A DNA stretch of 63,157 bases, counting the filler, from Diploschistes diacapsis (lineage: Eukaryota), in the NCBI GenBank assembly GCA_023645945.1. It is 26 parts of 26 records of this genome, joined end to end, with 100 filler letters (N's around TTAATTAATTAA, not from the genome) between each part and the next. Parts side by side here need not be neighbours in the genome. Positions count along the whole stretch, not along the records: positions 23,806 to 41,877 come from JALAIB010000427.1; positions 41,978 to 42,998 come from JALAIB010004270.1; positions 43,099 to 44,119 come from JALAIB010004271.1; positions 44,220 to 45,240 come from JALAIB010004272.1; positions 45,341 to 46,361 come from JALAIB010004273.1; positions 46,462 to 47,482 come from JALAIB010004274.1; 20 more parts are not named here. The stretch is one strand, 5' to 3'. Position numbers and translations under genes: made by a program. The first letter of the stretch is position 1. Each line of letters starts with the position of its first letter. Positions 36,118-47,582 of this stretch are shown here, one piece after another. The notes under the pieces were generated by a model, which was given only the letters and a program-made list of their open reading frames with translations, was not told the origin of the DNA and searched no databases.

Positions 36118-37389
36118 TTAGAAGATGACCCGCTCCGACTGGTTATCTTTGGTCGACTCTATATCGGATCTACAGCTGACTACCTCATTGAGAACGGAAA
36201 ATTGAGAAATAGCATCACTTGGGAGCCTTGAGAGTTCCTCCGCATCGGTACCACCACCCCTGCGAGCCTCATTGTAGGAATTTCTTGGCCATAATCTCCC
36301 GCCGGTTGTGTAAGGCCTGATTTTGTTCAAGTGCACTGGCACATTCGAAAGCAGGGGTCGTACAGTGGGCAAACAGGCACTCATCACCGCCACATTCATT
36401 TCCACACAAGACCACAATGAGACTCCTACAAAACCCCCTGTCAAATTGTCAATGTATTTCACAGAGAGTTATAGTAATATTATGATCCACTCACAGGTCG
36501 CATCGGTTGTGTTCACACTTAGGAGGTTTGCAAAGCGGATGGCACTTGCAACAATGACGCTTTTGATCATGTTAGCTGTAAAGATTCCATGGGCCTAATG
36601 GATTGTCTCACAGGCCACCGAGCAGAATAGCCCACACACGGCAACTTTCGACTTGGTTTTCATTTGCGACTTCCAGACGAGGCGGACGGGGAGCGAAAGG
36701 ATGGCAATATCCGCTATAATATTCGAAATGCTGCTGCCAATGAAGAAGTCTCTTGAGTCGATACACTTTGGTGGAGATTGCATGGTGGGATGCCAGAACC
36801 CATCTATTGGCGTACAGGAGAAGATCGAGACGAGAACTAGAGCAATTCCCCACATGACTACCAATACCATGATGGTATACGAAGTGAATTGGAAAGCCTT
36901 ATTAAAGATTCGACGGTAGAAAAGGAGGATGGATATTTTGGTGCAGACCAAGGACAGAGTATAGAATATTTCCTGGAATATTGTAGTCTTGTTATCTTGT
37001 TAATCTTGGCCTGTTGCCCGATGCTTTTGGGGCGCTAACAAAGAGGAATTCTTTGACGCTCGATAGTGATGGATTTATTTCTGCAACCCTTTCAATGTGC
37101 AAGCCGAGGCCAAGTGTAGTACCTGGGTTCAAGTCAGCAGCTTCTATAACTTGTAAACCTGAGATAATCTTACTGAAAATCACCAAAGCCGAGTCCACCC
37201 ATGAAAAAAAAGGCCAAGAATGACAAAAACTGCGGAGAAAGTGATGCCTATCTTGTTGATCTTCATAGAAACAAGTCGAGCCACCAGCGCCAGGCCCGAT
37301 AAAGCTGATACGATCGATACCCCTACGATGATATTCTCCCTTTGATCGTCTGCGAGATTTACCCCAGAGGGAGCCAACGGGGCTGCCAT
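36118..37389 (-). pseudogene. Pth11-like (fungal rhodopsin-domain) 7-TM integral membrane protein with two frameshifts
   Basis: TKISILLFYRRIF, FSCTPIDGFW, DIAILSLP and WSCVEMNVAVMSACLPT. Frame breaks at the A8 run (37204-37211) and near 36624 (GLF/LLGGL). Four introns. Confidence 0.82.
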
Positions 37390-37868
37390 TATGAACCTCG
37401 AAAATGGGTGAATAAGTGGACGAATTGATGGACAAGTCTCTCTGGGTGGTTTTGATTTCACCAGTCCATGAAGAGCAAAGGACGGACCATGGTCGTAAAG
37501 GATTGTCTTGAAAGAGAAGATGCGCCGGCCAAGCCTAGCTCCTAGAGTGAAAAGACGATGGGTGTTCAAGGGCTTACATTGCGTAATGTGCTGGACAGCA
37601 AGGCATTGCATCTAGCATGCATCTAGCACCTACCCCGAAGGACAGAGGCGTGACAGATTGCATTGCTGGATAGTAGAATTTAATACTAGAGGGGTTCAGC
37701 ACCCTTGGAAAAGCCTTAGTAACGGCGCCGTCGACCCACCCTGGCTGGCATGCCTAGAGCATGTTAGCCATATGTATAGCAGCATTGCCCGATGGCGACG
37801 TTAAATAAGGCAGAGATTGCGCGCCTAAAATTGGGCGACTTCTGCCGTAATCTTTAGCGTCACCGTTG

Positions 37869-37900
37869 ATCTCCATCTCCATCTCCATCTCCATCTCCAT
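37869..37900. repeat. (ATCTCC)5 microsatellite
   Basis: Read directly. Confidence 0.9.
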
Positions 37901-38271
37901 CGATCTGAAGTAGATAAGCGTTCGTGAGGAGCCTTATAGCGGCTTATCGCTGCTATGATATAAATGTATATTATATATTAGCCAATAACGTTACAGCGCA
38001 GGCCCATGAGCATTAACAAGATATGAACGAGGTTTACGCGGTTATGGGTTAAGTAGCGTAAAATCCTCTTTTTTTGCCCTTCTTCTAAAGCAAGATAATA
38101 GGGTGATGAAGGCTGCTGATCCTCTCTACCAGAACGCTTCTACTATTCCTCCGTACATTTGCTTTGCTGTTGCTATGCTACAGTGAGTGGTCCTTAGCAA
38201 AACCTCAAGAGCTTTCTCCTCACCTAATAACACTTGCTCAATACCAACGTCGAGTTGATCAGCAGAGAAGA

Positions 38272-39355
38272 ATGTCTTCAACGCGACCTAAGCTCACTCT
38301 TTGGGAGAAACTTGACTTCAGCTTAGCCATTTGAGTACCGGTAGCATACCCTGATCCCGAACTTTTAGTGTCAGCAAACAGTGATTGATACCTATGATAG
38401 TTTCTGGTTGTCTTACGCTCATTCCTTACATCGCCATTCCGTGGCAGAGGAGGACAAGCGAGTGTTGGCAAGCATGTCTTGTATGCTGGACTCAGGAGTC
38501 ACAATGCTAGGAGCTCCGCTCGCCAATTGCAGTATCCCTTCCTACATCGCTCAACAACGATATCTTCTTATTACGTCTCAGGTCTATATCTCTGGCAACT
38601 GATGAAGTATACTCAACATTAGCCAAGGCCAAAGGCTTCAAACCTCGCTCCATCGAACTGTTGCACGGAGCAAGGGCCCATTGGATAGGAGACGAGGTGG
38701 CCGAAAAAGGTTCTGGTCTTATTTCATGGTTCCTCCCTCGTACACCATACGATTGGGACAGGCTCACTGATACTGAAAGCAGGCGGTGGCTATGTGCTAC
38801 CAGCCGCAGCTCATTTTGACTTTGGTCATGAACTAAAGCAACAACTTGATTCAAACACAGCAGTCGTTGTACTTTCGTACTCTCTCGCTCCCGAATATCC
38901 GTATCCAACTCAGCTTCAGCAAGCAACCGCTCTCGTGCGCTACTTGATCGAAGAGGCTGGAAAGAGACCAGAGAACGTGGGTAGAAAATGTGCAGCGCGA
39001 GCAAGGGCTGACTTTGTTTCCTTGCTAGACTGTGCTTGAAGGTGATTCCGCCGGAGGAAACCTCGTGTTAGGCGTTCTGTCCCAAATCTTGCATCCGCAC
39101 CCTCTCGTAAAGCCACTTCGCCTCTCAAGACCGTTTCGAGCTGTTGCTCTTGTATCGCCATGGGGCGAATTTGGCGAGTCTAGGAGATCCTATCAAACGA
39201 AGCGATACAAGGACGTGCTCAACTATGCCGTAATTAAGAAGAGGTCCGATTATTTCATGGGCGAAGCTGCCTCGGACGAATATAATCAGCCGTTTTACAG
39301 CCAAGCATTCAATAATATGTATATTTTAAATCAAATGAACCTTATATCGGGATAA
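38272..39355 (+). pseudogene. Alpha/beta hydrolase (GDxG, HSL/Say1-like), disrupted and 3'-truncated
   Basis: HGGGY (across an intron), LAPEYPYPTQL, GDSAGGNL and LVSPW. TGA at codon 21 (38332), apparent frameshift near 38709, and sequence turns AT-rich after YNQPF before any catalytic Asp/His region. Confidence 0.78.
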
Positions 39356-39485
39356 AAGTTATATAAAACAAAATCTAGGAAAAAATTTGACCCAAATAAT
39401 ATATATTTATACAACCGTCTGCCAGTCGTAAAGGGTATTTGCACTGACCACTAGACCATAAAGTTCCAAGAAGCTGAGCGTTTAG

Positions 39486-40457
39486 TTACAACACATCCCT
39501 ACACTTGGCCCCTTCTTTTGCCATATGCTCCGCAGCCTCTAATAAACCCACCAAATGGACAAAGGCTGCAATCAGCACGTAGACGTGGAAAATTTGGTGC
39601 GATGCTCCCACAATGTCAAATCTCCGCGGTACCCACTTCTCGGGTATCCGCATGGCATATATACCCGCTCCGACGATGTATGTGACGCCTTGACCCACTA
39701 GCCACTTGAGGCCAATCCTGTCCTCCATAACCGCGAACCCGTAGATCCACAAGCCGTGTACGATCGGGATGATCGCGCTCAGTCCCATCGCCACAAACAT
39801 TGCAGCTCGCCAAGCCCGCCACGCCGGGGTGCGGAAGCGTGCATCTACCGTAACAATCCCACAAGCAAGGCCTATAGACACGATCATGGTCCAGTAAAGC
39901 CGCTGAAGATTTGGATGGCAGTGAAACCCATAGTAGATGCTCGGGACGAATGAGCCAGTGATGAGGGCCAGGATACCAATGTAGTCGGCCTGATTGCCCC
40001 ATCGAGCAACTCCTGGAGAAACATTGAGCGTAGCATGATAAAGCCCGGAAATTGTCAGACAAGAGATAGCGCCCACGTAGAAGGGAAGGAGAGGTGCGAG
40101 AGAAGGTGAAAGGGTCAGGTGGGGAAACGGAGGAGAAGGAAGATGCAGCGGAAAGGAAGTTTGTGAGAGTCGAGCGAAGAAAAATGCACCGAAGAGATGC
40201 GTTTGAATATTGACTGTCTCATTGTGAACGGTGAATATGGAGCGCAAGGACGTAAGAACCGAGTATGATGGCGGTCGGTAGCCAGTTTTGATGTAGGCGT
40301 TGTCCTGCAGCCAAGGAGGGAGTTGATCGTACTCCAGGCGAATGTTGGGATTGAGGATCGTAACAACCTTTTTAGATGTATTCCGCCTTGAATCTGACCC
40401 TTCATGCAAATCTGACACTGAGTCATAAGCCTTTACGGCATTTTGTCGCCGGTTCAT
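39486..40457 (-). CDS. PAQR / haemolysin-III family receptor (IZH-like)
   Basis: LPPWLQDNAYIKTGYR, HNETVNIQTH, SGLYH, DYIGI, IPEKW and SHQIFH; 7 TM segments. Confidence 0.95.
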   Translation of the reverse strand: MNRRQNAVKAYDSVSDLHEGSDSRRNTSKKVVTILNPNIRLEYDQLPPWLQDNAYIKTGYRPPSYSVLTSLRSIFTVHNETVNIQTHLFGAFFFARLSQTSFPLHLPSPPFPHLTLSPSLAPLLPFYVGAISCLTISGLYHATLNVSPGVARWGNQADYIGILALITGSFVPSIYYGFHCHPNLQRLYWTMIVSIGLACGIVTVDARFRTPAWRAWRAAMFVAMGLSAIIPIVHGLWIYGFAVMEDRIGLKWLVGQGVTYIVGAGIYAMRIPEKWVPRRFDIVGASHQIFHVYVLIAAFVHLVGLLEAAEHMAKEGAKCRDVL

Positions 40458-40543
40458 GGTGTATTGATCTTGGAATGCCAGTATTCATTTTGGGGCTGGT
40501 CGTTGAAGCTCGTCAGGAACGCGCTAATACTATTATGATCTCA

Positions 40544-40553
40544 GTGACGTCAC
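40544..40553. promoter_or_regulatory. CRE/ATF-type palindrome GTGACGTCAC in a 263-bp divergent intergenic region
   Basis: Perfect palindrome between the head-to-head starts at 40457 and 40721; function inferred. Confidence 0.4.
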
Positions 40554-40720
40554 AGTCGAGGACAGCTTGCTGCATGTCGTTCTCGTGGATGTAATCCTTC
40601 CGGTTCTGTTTCCTATATCTTCTTTCTTTTCTCTTACAGCTCTTGTGCTGCACTGCCTATCACATAGATAAGCACCTAAGTCGGTAATGGTCGCGATCTT
40701 CCCTCTGCCATTATCACATC

Positions 40721-41593
40721 ATGTCACGCTCAAGTCCCTGGTCGCGCTTGAAGCCTGTTCAGCAAGATGCACTCGAAGCCGTAGGCCTGCCATCAAAGGG
40801 CGATAGCAAGCTCCTCAACTACAAGTTTCAAGAAACGTACTATGCTAAGATCGTTCCCCGTTACATGGGCTTTTGCGCCTCAGCTGGACGGGACATTAAT
40901 GCTTTGAATCGGGCATTTGCTTCTATGAATCTGGATGGCGCTGGTGACTATCTGCAGTTTCATGGCGATATTGCCAATGGTAGGACGATGCCTGACAGGA
41001 ACAAGGAGCTTGGCGTTCTGCTTATGGCGATGCGCAAGCTGAGGGAAGGTATTGTTGGAAGCGGGCGCATCGATCCCTTTGCAGCGAGGGCATACATGTT
41101 CATCATCCGGGCTGCGATCCTCACTTCTACCTTCGAAAGCTACCATCCCGCAATCCTGCACCTCCTTAACGTCATTCATCTGCACACCCCTCTTTCAAGC
41201 TCCGAGCTACATGAATTCGTTGGCTACCACATCCTCGACGTGGCATGTAGGCTGAAAGACTTTGCGGAAGCCTTTAAAGTGCGGAATCGATGGCGCTACA
41301 AAGACGAGCGGGTCGAAGGTATTGTGCTGGCACTGATCAGGGACGACTGGATCAACTTCTGGAGGCTCAAGAATTTGGTGGATGGATATCAACGAGCCTT
41401 TATGGCTTGGGCCGAGGGGAATGTACGGAAACATGCGCTCAAGTGCCTAGGAAAAGCGTACTTTACTGCTGAACAAAGCTATGTGGAGAGATGCAGTGGG
41501 AGGAATTGGGACGCCTTGAAGGCAATGAATGGCGTCGCTTGGGAACTCGAGCAGAATAAGGTTGTGATCAGAAGGATAAAGGGAAGGAAGTAG
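40721..41593 (+). CDS. Conserved fungal protein, probable PCI-type (CSN8/PSMD8/eIF3K or SAC3-like) domain
   Basis: 290-aa ORF with MRKLREGIV and ESYHPA, and a winged-helix-like end (ALKCLGKAY...WELEQNKVVIR). Family assignment is from recall. Confidence 0.75.
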   Translation: MSRSSPWSRLKPVQQDALEAVGLPSKGDSKLLNYKFQETYYAKIVPRYMGFCASAGRDINALNRAFASMNLDGAGDYLQFHGDIANGRTMPDRNKELGVLLMAMRKLREGIVGSGRIDPFAARAYMFIIRAAILTSTFESYHPAILHLLNVIHLHTPLSSSELHEFVGYHILDVACRLKDFAEAFKVRNRWRYKDERVEGIVLALIRDDWINFWRLKNLVDGYQRAFMAWAEGNVRKHALKCLGKAYFTAEQSYVERCSGRNWDALKAMNGVAWELEQNKVVIRRIKGRK

Positions 41594-41977
41594 TTGCATA
41601 AGATACCCCAGGATTGCGTGGCGTTGGATGAATTGAATTTTGTACGCATTGAGCCTGGCATCGTGACTTGGAAGCAATTGATCCTCGCTCCCAATCAACC
41701 CAACTTAGTAATACTGCGTGAGGCCATCTCCTGACAATCCATTCAAATGCACACATGCATATCCATATCTAGCTCTCGACCCTCCATTAACATCTCCCAA
41801 ATAAAGCCCTCTCCGCCTTTAACTAAAGCCCGCAACTCCAACCCCACCCAGAATGTCCTCCCCGCCAGCCGCCCACCNNNNNNNNNNNNNNNNNNNNNNN
41901 NNNNNNNNNNNNNNNNNNNNNTTAATTAATTAANNNNNNNNNNNNNNNNNNNNNNNNNNNNNNNNNNNNNNNNNNNN

Positions 41978-42133
41978 CGTTTAAACTCTATTATTAGATA
42001 ATAATCTTTTTAGAAATTAGAATAAACCTATTATCGATCTACTTCTTCTCCTTCCATACTCCTTTTCTACCAGAGACCAAACCCACCTTAATTAATACCT
42101 CGTGTCTACGTTGTAAAGATAGAGATCATAACA
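41978..42133 (+). mobile_element. 3' end of LTR family A
   Basis: AAACCCACCTT...AGAGATCATAACA. Confidence 0.8.
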
Positions 42134-42611
42134 CTTATCCAAAAAACAGATTACCCCTATCTTAAAAAAAAAACCAACAACAATAATTCGAGCTTATACG
42201 TATATACCTTAAAAATAAAAAGATAAACTACGTTTTTAATAATCAACCACCAATATCGCCTATTACAGACACCCTAGACAACTTAATATCATCTATCCCT
42301 ACCGATTCAGGTTCAGTTTTAAACAAAACACCTAAACAATAAAAGAAAGATCAATCTAAGCAAATTACTAGATTATAATCTATACGGGGGAAATTGATTA
42401 AAAACGTCTTCGTAATTTATTTACTACAAAAGCTAAATAGGATTTTTTAAAAACAAAATACCAGGCGATAACTAAACCTAAATGTCGGTAATTAAACCTT
42501 GAATTCGCCAGTTATAAACTTAAGAAAGGCACGATCATTTAAGAAACATAAATATATCTAATAAAACTTTCAAAAAAGCTATCGTATAAACGAAAAAAAT
42601 ACGCATTAAAG

Positions 42612-42998
42612 TAGGCTGGCCGTCACGGACACTGACACGGCCGTGGCAGTATCCGTGTTTTAAAATTTTTAGTCGTAATGTCCGTGTCCGTGTTTTTACT
42701 ATAATATAATATCCGTGGAAATATCCGTGTTTTAAAATTTTTAATCGTAATATCCGTGTTAATAAATTTATTATCGTGTCCGTACATTCACCGAAATACT
42801 TTTAAATAATATTTATTTTTAATAATTTTAATATTATTACGTTTATTTTTTTTATTTATATTTTTTTATCGCGGTATTTTAGTGGATTCACGGTAATGTT
42901 TCGATAAATTTATTATAATATAATATCCGTGGAAGTGTCCGTATTTAAAATTTTTTAATCGTAATATCCGTGTCCGTGCTTTTACTACAATATAATAT
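42612..42998 (+). mobile_element. Repeat-built TIR element (family D, hAT-like), left end
   Basis: Begins TAGGCTGGCCGTCACGG, followed by arrays of RTCCGTG separated by TTTTAAAATTTTT spacers. Confidence 0.8.
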
Positions 42999-43098
42999 NN
43001 NNNNNNNNNNNNNNNNNNNNNNNNNNNNNNNNNNNNNNNNNNTTAATTAATTAANNNNNNNNNNNNNNNNNNNNNNNNNNNNNNNNNNNNNNNNNNNN

Positions 43099-43674
43099 GA
43101 TTATTATTATTCGTATAAATTATCCGATCGAATTAATGTTTTTTTATGATAAAATAATAGTTTTTAATAGATTTAAAGGAGTCGAGAAGGCCGTAAAATT
43201 ACGAGATCTTTTATGAAAGGTGTATTAATTGTATTTTAAGAATATGTCTATTAAAGAACCCACGGCCTATATTACGAAGGATTTTGTAAAATTATCCGTA
43301 TTAGGGGATAAATTGGCGTTCCGACGAGTTATTTTGTTAATATGTATCGTCGTATTTACCATTTTATACTTCCTAGGATTAATCTTAGCTATTAAAAACT
43401 ATGGATTCTTGTACGGTCTTTAATAATATTCTAATATTCCAACATCGATTCTTTCTTAAAACATCTTGATTACCATTAGTTCCAAAACTTTTGGAATGCG
43501 AAAAGATTTTATTTATTAAGTTTCGTAATCGATGGTATCTATTTCTTAAGGCGGCGCAACCTTTAGGCGTATACGTCCTATATAACAGAAATCTTATGCT
43601 AAAGCTGCTTCCCGATTTGATAGTATTTTTAATAACAATGTTTTTTCTTTTTTAGTAAGTTGCTTGTCTATATT
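43099..43674 (-). mobile_element. RIP-degraded Ty3/Gypsy reverse transcriptase fragment
   Basis: Minus strand reads KYKMVN...INKITRRNANLSP...SRNFTAFSTPLNLL, matching Gypsy RT motifs. Confidence 0.8.
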
Positions 43675-44119
43675 TGTTACGATCCAAGGTACTAGTCGGT
43701 AGTCCTTGGCACGCAACAGCTAGTCGGGCACTTCCCAACCACTCTTTGTATATAGACCAACCACGGACTCGGAATTACGTGACTAATAGACTTCCGTTGG
43801 GCAAACATTTATCAGAGATAGATCTATCGGGATAAATATTTATTAATAATAGATCTATTACGACAACTTTATTATCGATAATTAACTATCGCTCTAAACT
43901 ATATAAAAACGTTATTATAGCCTTCACGAATTTAAAATATATTTATTTTTATAGATATCTCTAGTTATTACTCGGGATTAATTTATATTTGTTATTTTTA
44001 TCCTTAAAGAACCTTCTTTCCAAAGACAATCTAAGACCTATAATTATTCTATTTTTTCTCCTATTTGCACTCCTCTTCTAACAGAGACCAAATCTATCTT
44101 AACTTTACTTATATTCAAA
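43675..44119 (+). mobile_element. LTR family A, partial
   Basis: Start TGTTACGATCCAAGGTACTAG, homologous to 21783. Confidence 0.85.
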
Positions 44120-44219
44120 NNNNNNNNNNNNNNNNNNNNNNNNNNNNNNNNNNNNNNNNNNNNTTAATTAATTAANNNNNNNNNNNNNNNNNNNNNNNNN
44201 NNNNNNNNNNNNNNNNNNN

Positions 44220-45105
44220 TTAATCCCGAGTAATAATTAAGGATATTTATGAAAATAAACACGTCCTTTTTTACGAAGGTAAAGTCGTATTTATATATAA
44301 TTAATTCGCTCGCCGTTTATCGTAAATTTAACGAACGGTGTTCTTAAGGCTCGCTGTTTACGAGAATGAACGCGATCATTAAGCGATGGCAAAAACCCGC
44401 TCGCCGTTTACGAGAATGAGCGCGAGTAGTGAGCACATCACGTAACCCCTGTCCCGTGACTGACCTATATACAACAAAGCTGGGACGTGCTAAGTCTGGT
44501 ACTTGGACCGTAACACACGAAGGTATAATATAACTTTATCAATAAAAAGTTCGTAATCGAAAATTAATTGATTCGTTTGTTTAACGTAGAATTATCGATT
44601 CCAAAATGGGTCAATAATTTAAAAAAAAGAAAATCCGTTTCGTTATATAGTGTTACGATCCAAGTACCAGACTTGGCACGTCCCAGCTTTGTATATAGGT
44701 CAGTTACGGGATCAGGGGTCACGTGATGCGCTTATTGCTCGCGTTTACTCTTATGAACGGCGAGTAAGCTTTCGTTACCGCTCGATGATCGCGTTTATTC
44801 TCGTAAATAGCAAACTTCGAAAATATCGTTTATTAAATTTGCGGTAAACAGCGAGCGAGTTAATTATATATAAACACGATTTTATTTTCGTGGAAAAGAA
44901 CGTGTTTACTTTTATAAATATTTTAAATTATTATTCGAGATTAATCTATATTCGTTATTTTTATTATTTTAAAGTTTTCTTTTTAAAAACAGTTTAAGAC
45001 CTATAACTATTCTATCTTCTTCTTCTATCACATTCCTTTTCTAATAAAAACCAAACCCACCTTAATCCTACTCGTGTATACCTTGTATAGATAGAGATCA
45101 TAACA
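44220..45105. mobile_element. Two LTRs of subfamily A2 in divergent orientation (44220-44515 minus, 44651-45105 plus)
   Basis: TGTTACG(A/G)TCCAAGTACCAGACTT starts on opposite strands 135 bp apart; the plus copy ends ATCATAACA. Confidence 0.85.
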
Positions 45106-45340
45106 CTAATAACCTATTATTCGAGAAAAATGTTATTAATAAAAATCAATTACGATATAAACGATCAGGAATTATTCGCCATAATCATTATTTTAAATAA
45201 ATAATACATTTATATTCACGAAGCAAAGGAAACCGAAATCNNNNNNNNNNNNNNNNNNNNNNNNNNNNNNNNNNNNNNNNNNNNTTAATTAATTAANNNN
45301 NNNNNNNNNNNNNNNNNNNNNNNNNNNNNNNNNNNNNNNN

Positions 45341-46148
45341 CTACTAATACGGACACTATATTATAGTAAAAATACGAAAATACTTTTTTTTTTAATATTT
45401 ATAAAATTATTACGCTTATTTCTTACGTTTTTATTTTTAAAAAATTTTTTTTAAAATACGGACACGGACACGGACACCGCAATCAAAAATTTTAAAATAT
45501 GGATACTGACACGGACATTATATTATAACAAAAACACGAAAATATTTTTTTTTAATATTTTTAAAATTATTACGTTTATTTCTTACGCTTTTATTTTTAA
45601 AAAAGTTTTTTTAAAATACGGACACGGACACGGATATTATATTATAAGAAATATACGGACACGGACACCGCAACTAAAATTTTTAAAACACGGACACTAA
45701 TACGGACATTATATTTCCGTAAATCTATTAATACGAATATTATATTATAATAAAAATACGGAAATATTTTTTTTTAATATTTTTAAAATTATTACGTTTA
45801 TTTCTTACGTTTTTATTTTTAAAAAAGGTTTTTTAAAACACGGACACGGACACAGATATTATATTATAATAAATACACGGATACGGATATCGTAATTAAA
45901 TTTTTTAAAATATAGATATTAATACGAATATTATATTTCCGTGATTCCACGAACACGGACATTATAATTAAAAAATTTAAAATATTAATACTGATACGGA
46001 CACTGCACTTCCGTAAATCCACGGACACGGACACCGCAGCTAAAAAATCTAAAACACGGACACTGACACTGTTAGTGTCCGTGTCACTGACACTGTTAGT
46101 GTCCGTGTCACTGACACGGCCGTGTCAGTGTCAGTGACGGCCAGCCTA
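45341..46148 (-). mobile_element. Family D element with higher-order tandem repeats, ending at TIR
   Basis: ACACGGACACGG arrays in recurring blocks of about 150-230 bp; ends GTGACGGCCAGCCTA. Confidence 0.8.
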
Positions 46149-46154
46149 ATTATA

Positions 46155-46361
46155 ACGTGTTTCACCACTTAACGGCCCACCCCACAAAGCGGCTCACAAT
46201 CCCTGCACCTTCGTAAAATGGATTTCTTAACATTTTCACCTTTCGTACAAATAATTTTATGTGTGGTTGTGGGGCTCAAAAGCTCGCTTAAACTTATCTA
46301 GCGCATCTACATTATATTGTAGTGAGCCGCTTTGTGGTGTGATCCGTTAAGTGGTGAAACA
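46155..46361. mobile_element. Near-complete pogo-type MITE (about 210 bp)
   Basis: TA|ACGTGTTTCACCACTTAACGG...CACAAAGCGGCTCAC and its inverted copy GTGAGCCGCTTTGTGG...CCGTTAAGTGGTGAAACA at the contig end. Confidence 0.85.
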
Positions 46362-47078
46362 NNNNNNNNNNNNNNNNNNNNNNNNNNNNNNNNNNNNNNN
46401 NNNNNTTAATTAATTAANNNNNNNNNNNNNNNNNNNNNNNNNNNNNNNNNNNNNNNNNNNNATTTATTAGTTATTATTATTATTTACGTGAATAATATGT
46501 TCGTCTTTTCAGTTAATGAAAAAGCAGTTGATTATATATTTAAAAAATTAACGATTACATTCGAAATGATTAATACGGGATAAATTAGTCGATATATCGG
46601 AATCGAGATTATCCGGGACCGACAAGCAAAAAAAACGACTATTACTTAGCATAAATATGTTAAATAATATCTCGAAAAATACTAAAAAAAAGCCAAAACA
46701 GCACCTAATTTCTGCCGTTAGAAAATGAAATTGGAACCTAATCCCGAACAGGTTAGCGCGGATGACATCAAAGTATATTAACAATAAATAAAATCGCTTA
46801 TCTATTTAACGACAATAACTAAACCCGATTTAGTTTACTTAGTAGGACTATACGCCAAATTTATGTAAAATCCAGGCCCAACCCATTTTTCGACGCTAAA
46901 CCGCATCTAGCAATACCTACGGTAAAGCTGGAATTTCGGTTTATCATGTAATCAGACTTTCTACGACCTAAAATACTACTGCGATTCTAATTAAGAGGGG
47001 TGTTGGAAAGTGGAAGTGGGGTGACTAAATAGGCAAGTAATGACTAGGGAAATAATGCTGTGTACAATAGTAATGTAT

Positions 47079-47482
47079 TTTTTGGCAACGTAATGGATGT
47101 ATTGAAGTCTAGAGGTCTATCTAGGAGGTTATCCTACTTTACAGACTTTTATCCTTATGGGATACGTTAAGCCCTATTACCTACACTATTTCTAAACCGG
47201 TCTAATTGGGATTCCAAAAGGTTCAGCTGAACTAAACCTCCTTCTGGAACTTAATTAAACTTTTAGCCATATCTTCTACCTATCTGTTCAACACTCCCCC
47301 ACAGGCGGAATCGTCCGGTATAACTATATAGTTTAATTAAATATTTTTTAAACTAAATTAAGTTTCTTAATAAAAACGTCGTGCTTCGAGTAATTTAATA
47401 GTTTCGTAAGCTTATCAACAACCATTTTATCGGTAAAGATATAAGACACCCTAATACGTTCTTATTTGATAAGATCTTATAC
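47079..47482 (-). mobile_element. Ty1/Copia 3' end: RNase H tail, polypurine tract and LTR family C (about 47079-47293)
   Basis: Minus strand reads FTDKMVVDKLTKLL, then PPT GTGGGGGAG directly before TGTTGAAC. Further LTR copies at 54729-54949 and 58290. Confidence 0.8.
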
Positions 47483-47582
47483 NNNNNNNNNNNNNNNNNN
47501 NNNNNNNNNNNNNNNNNNNNNNNNNNTTAATTAATTAANNNNNNNNNNNNNNNNNNNNNNNNNNNNNNNNNNNNNNNNNNNN

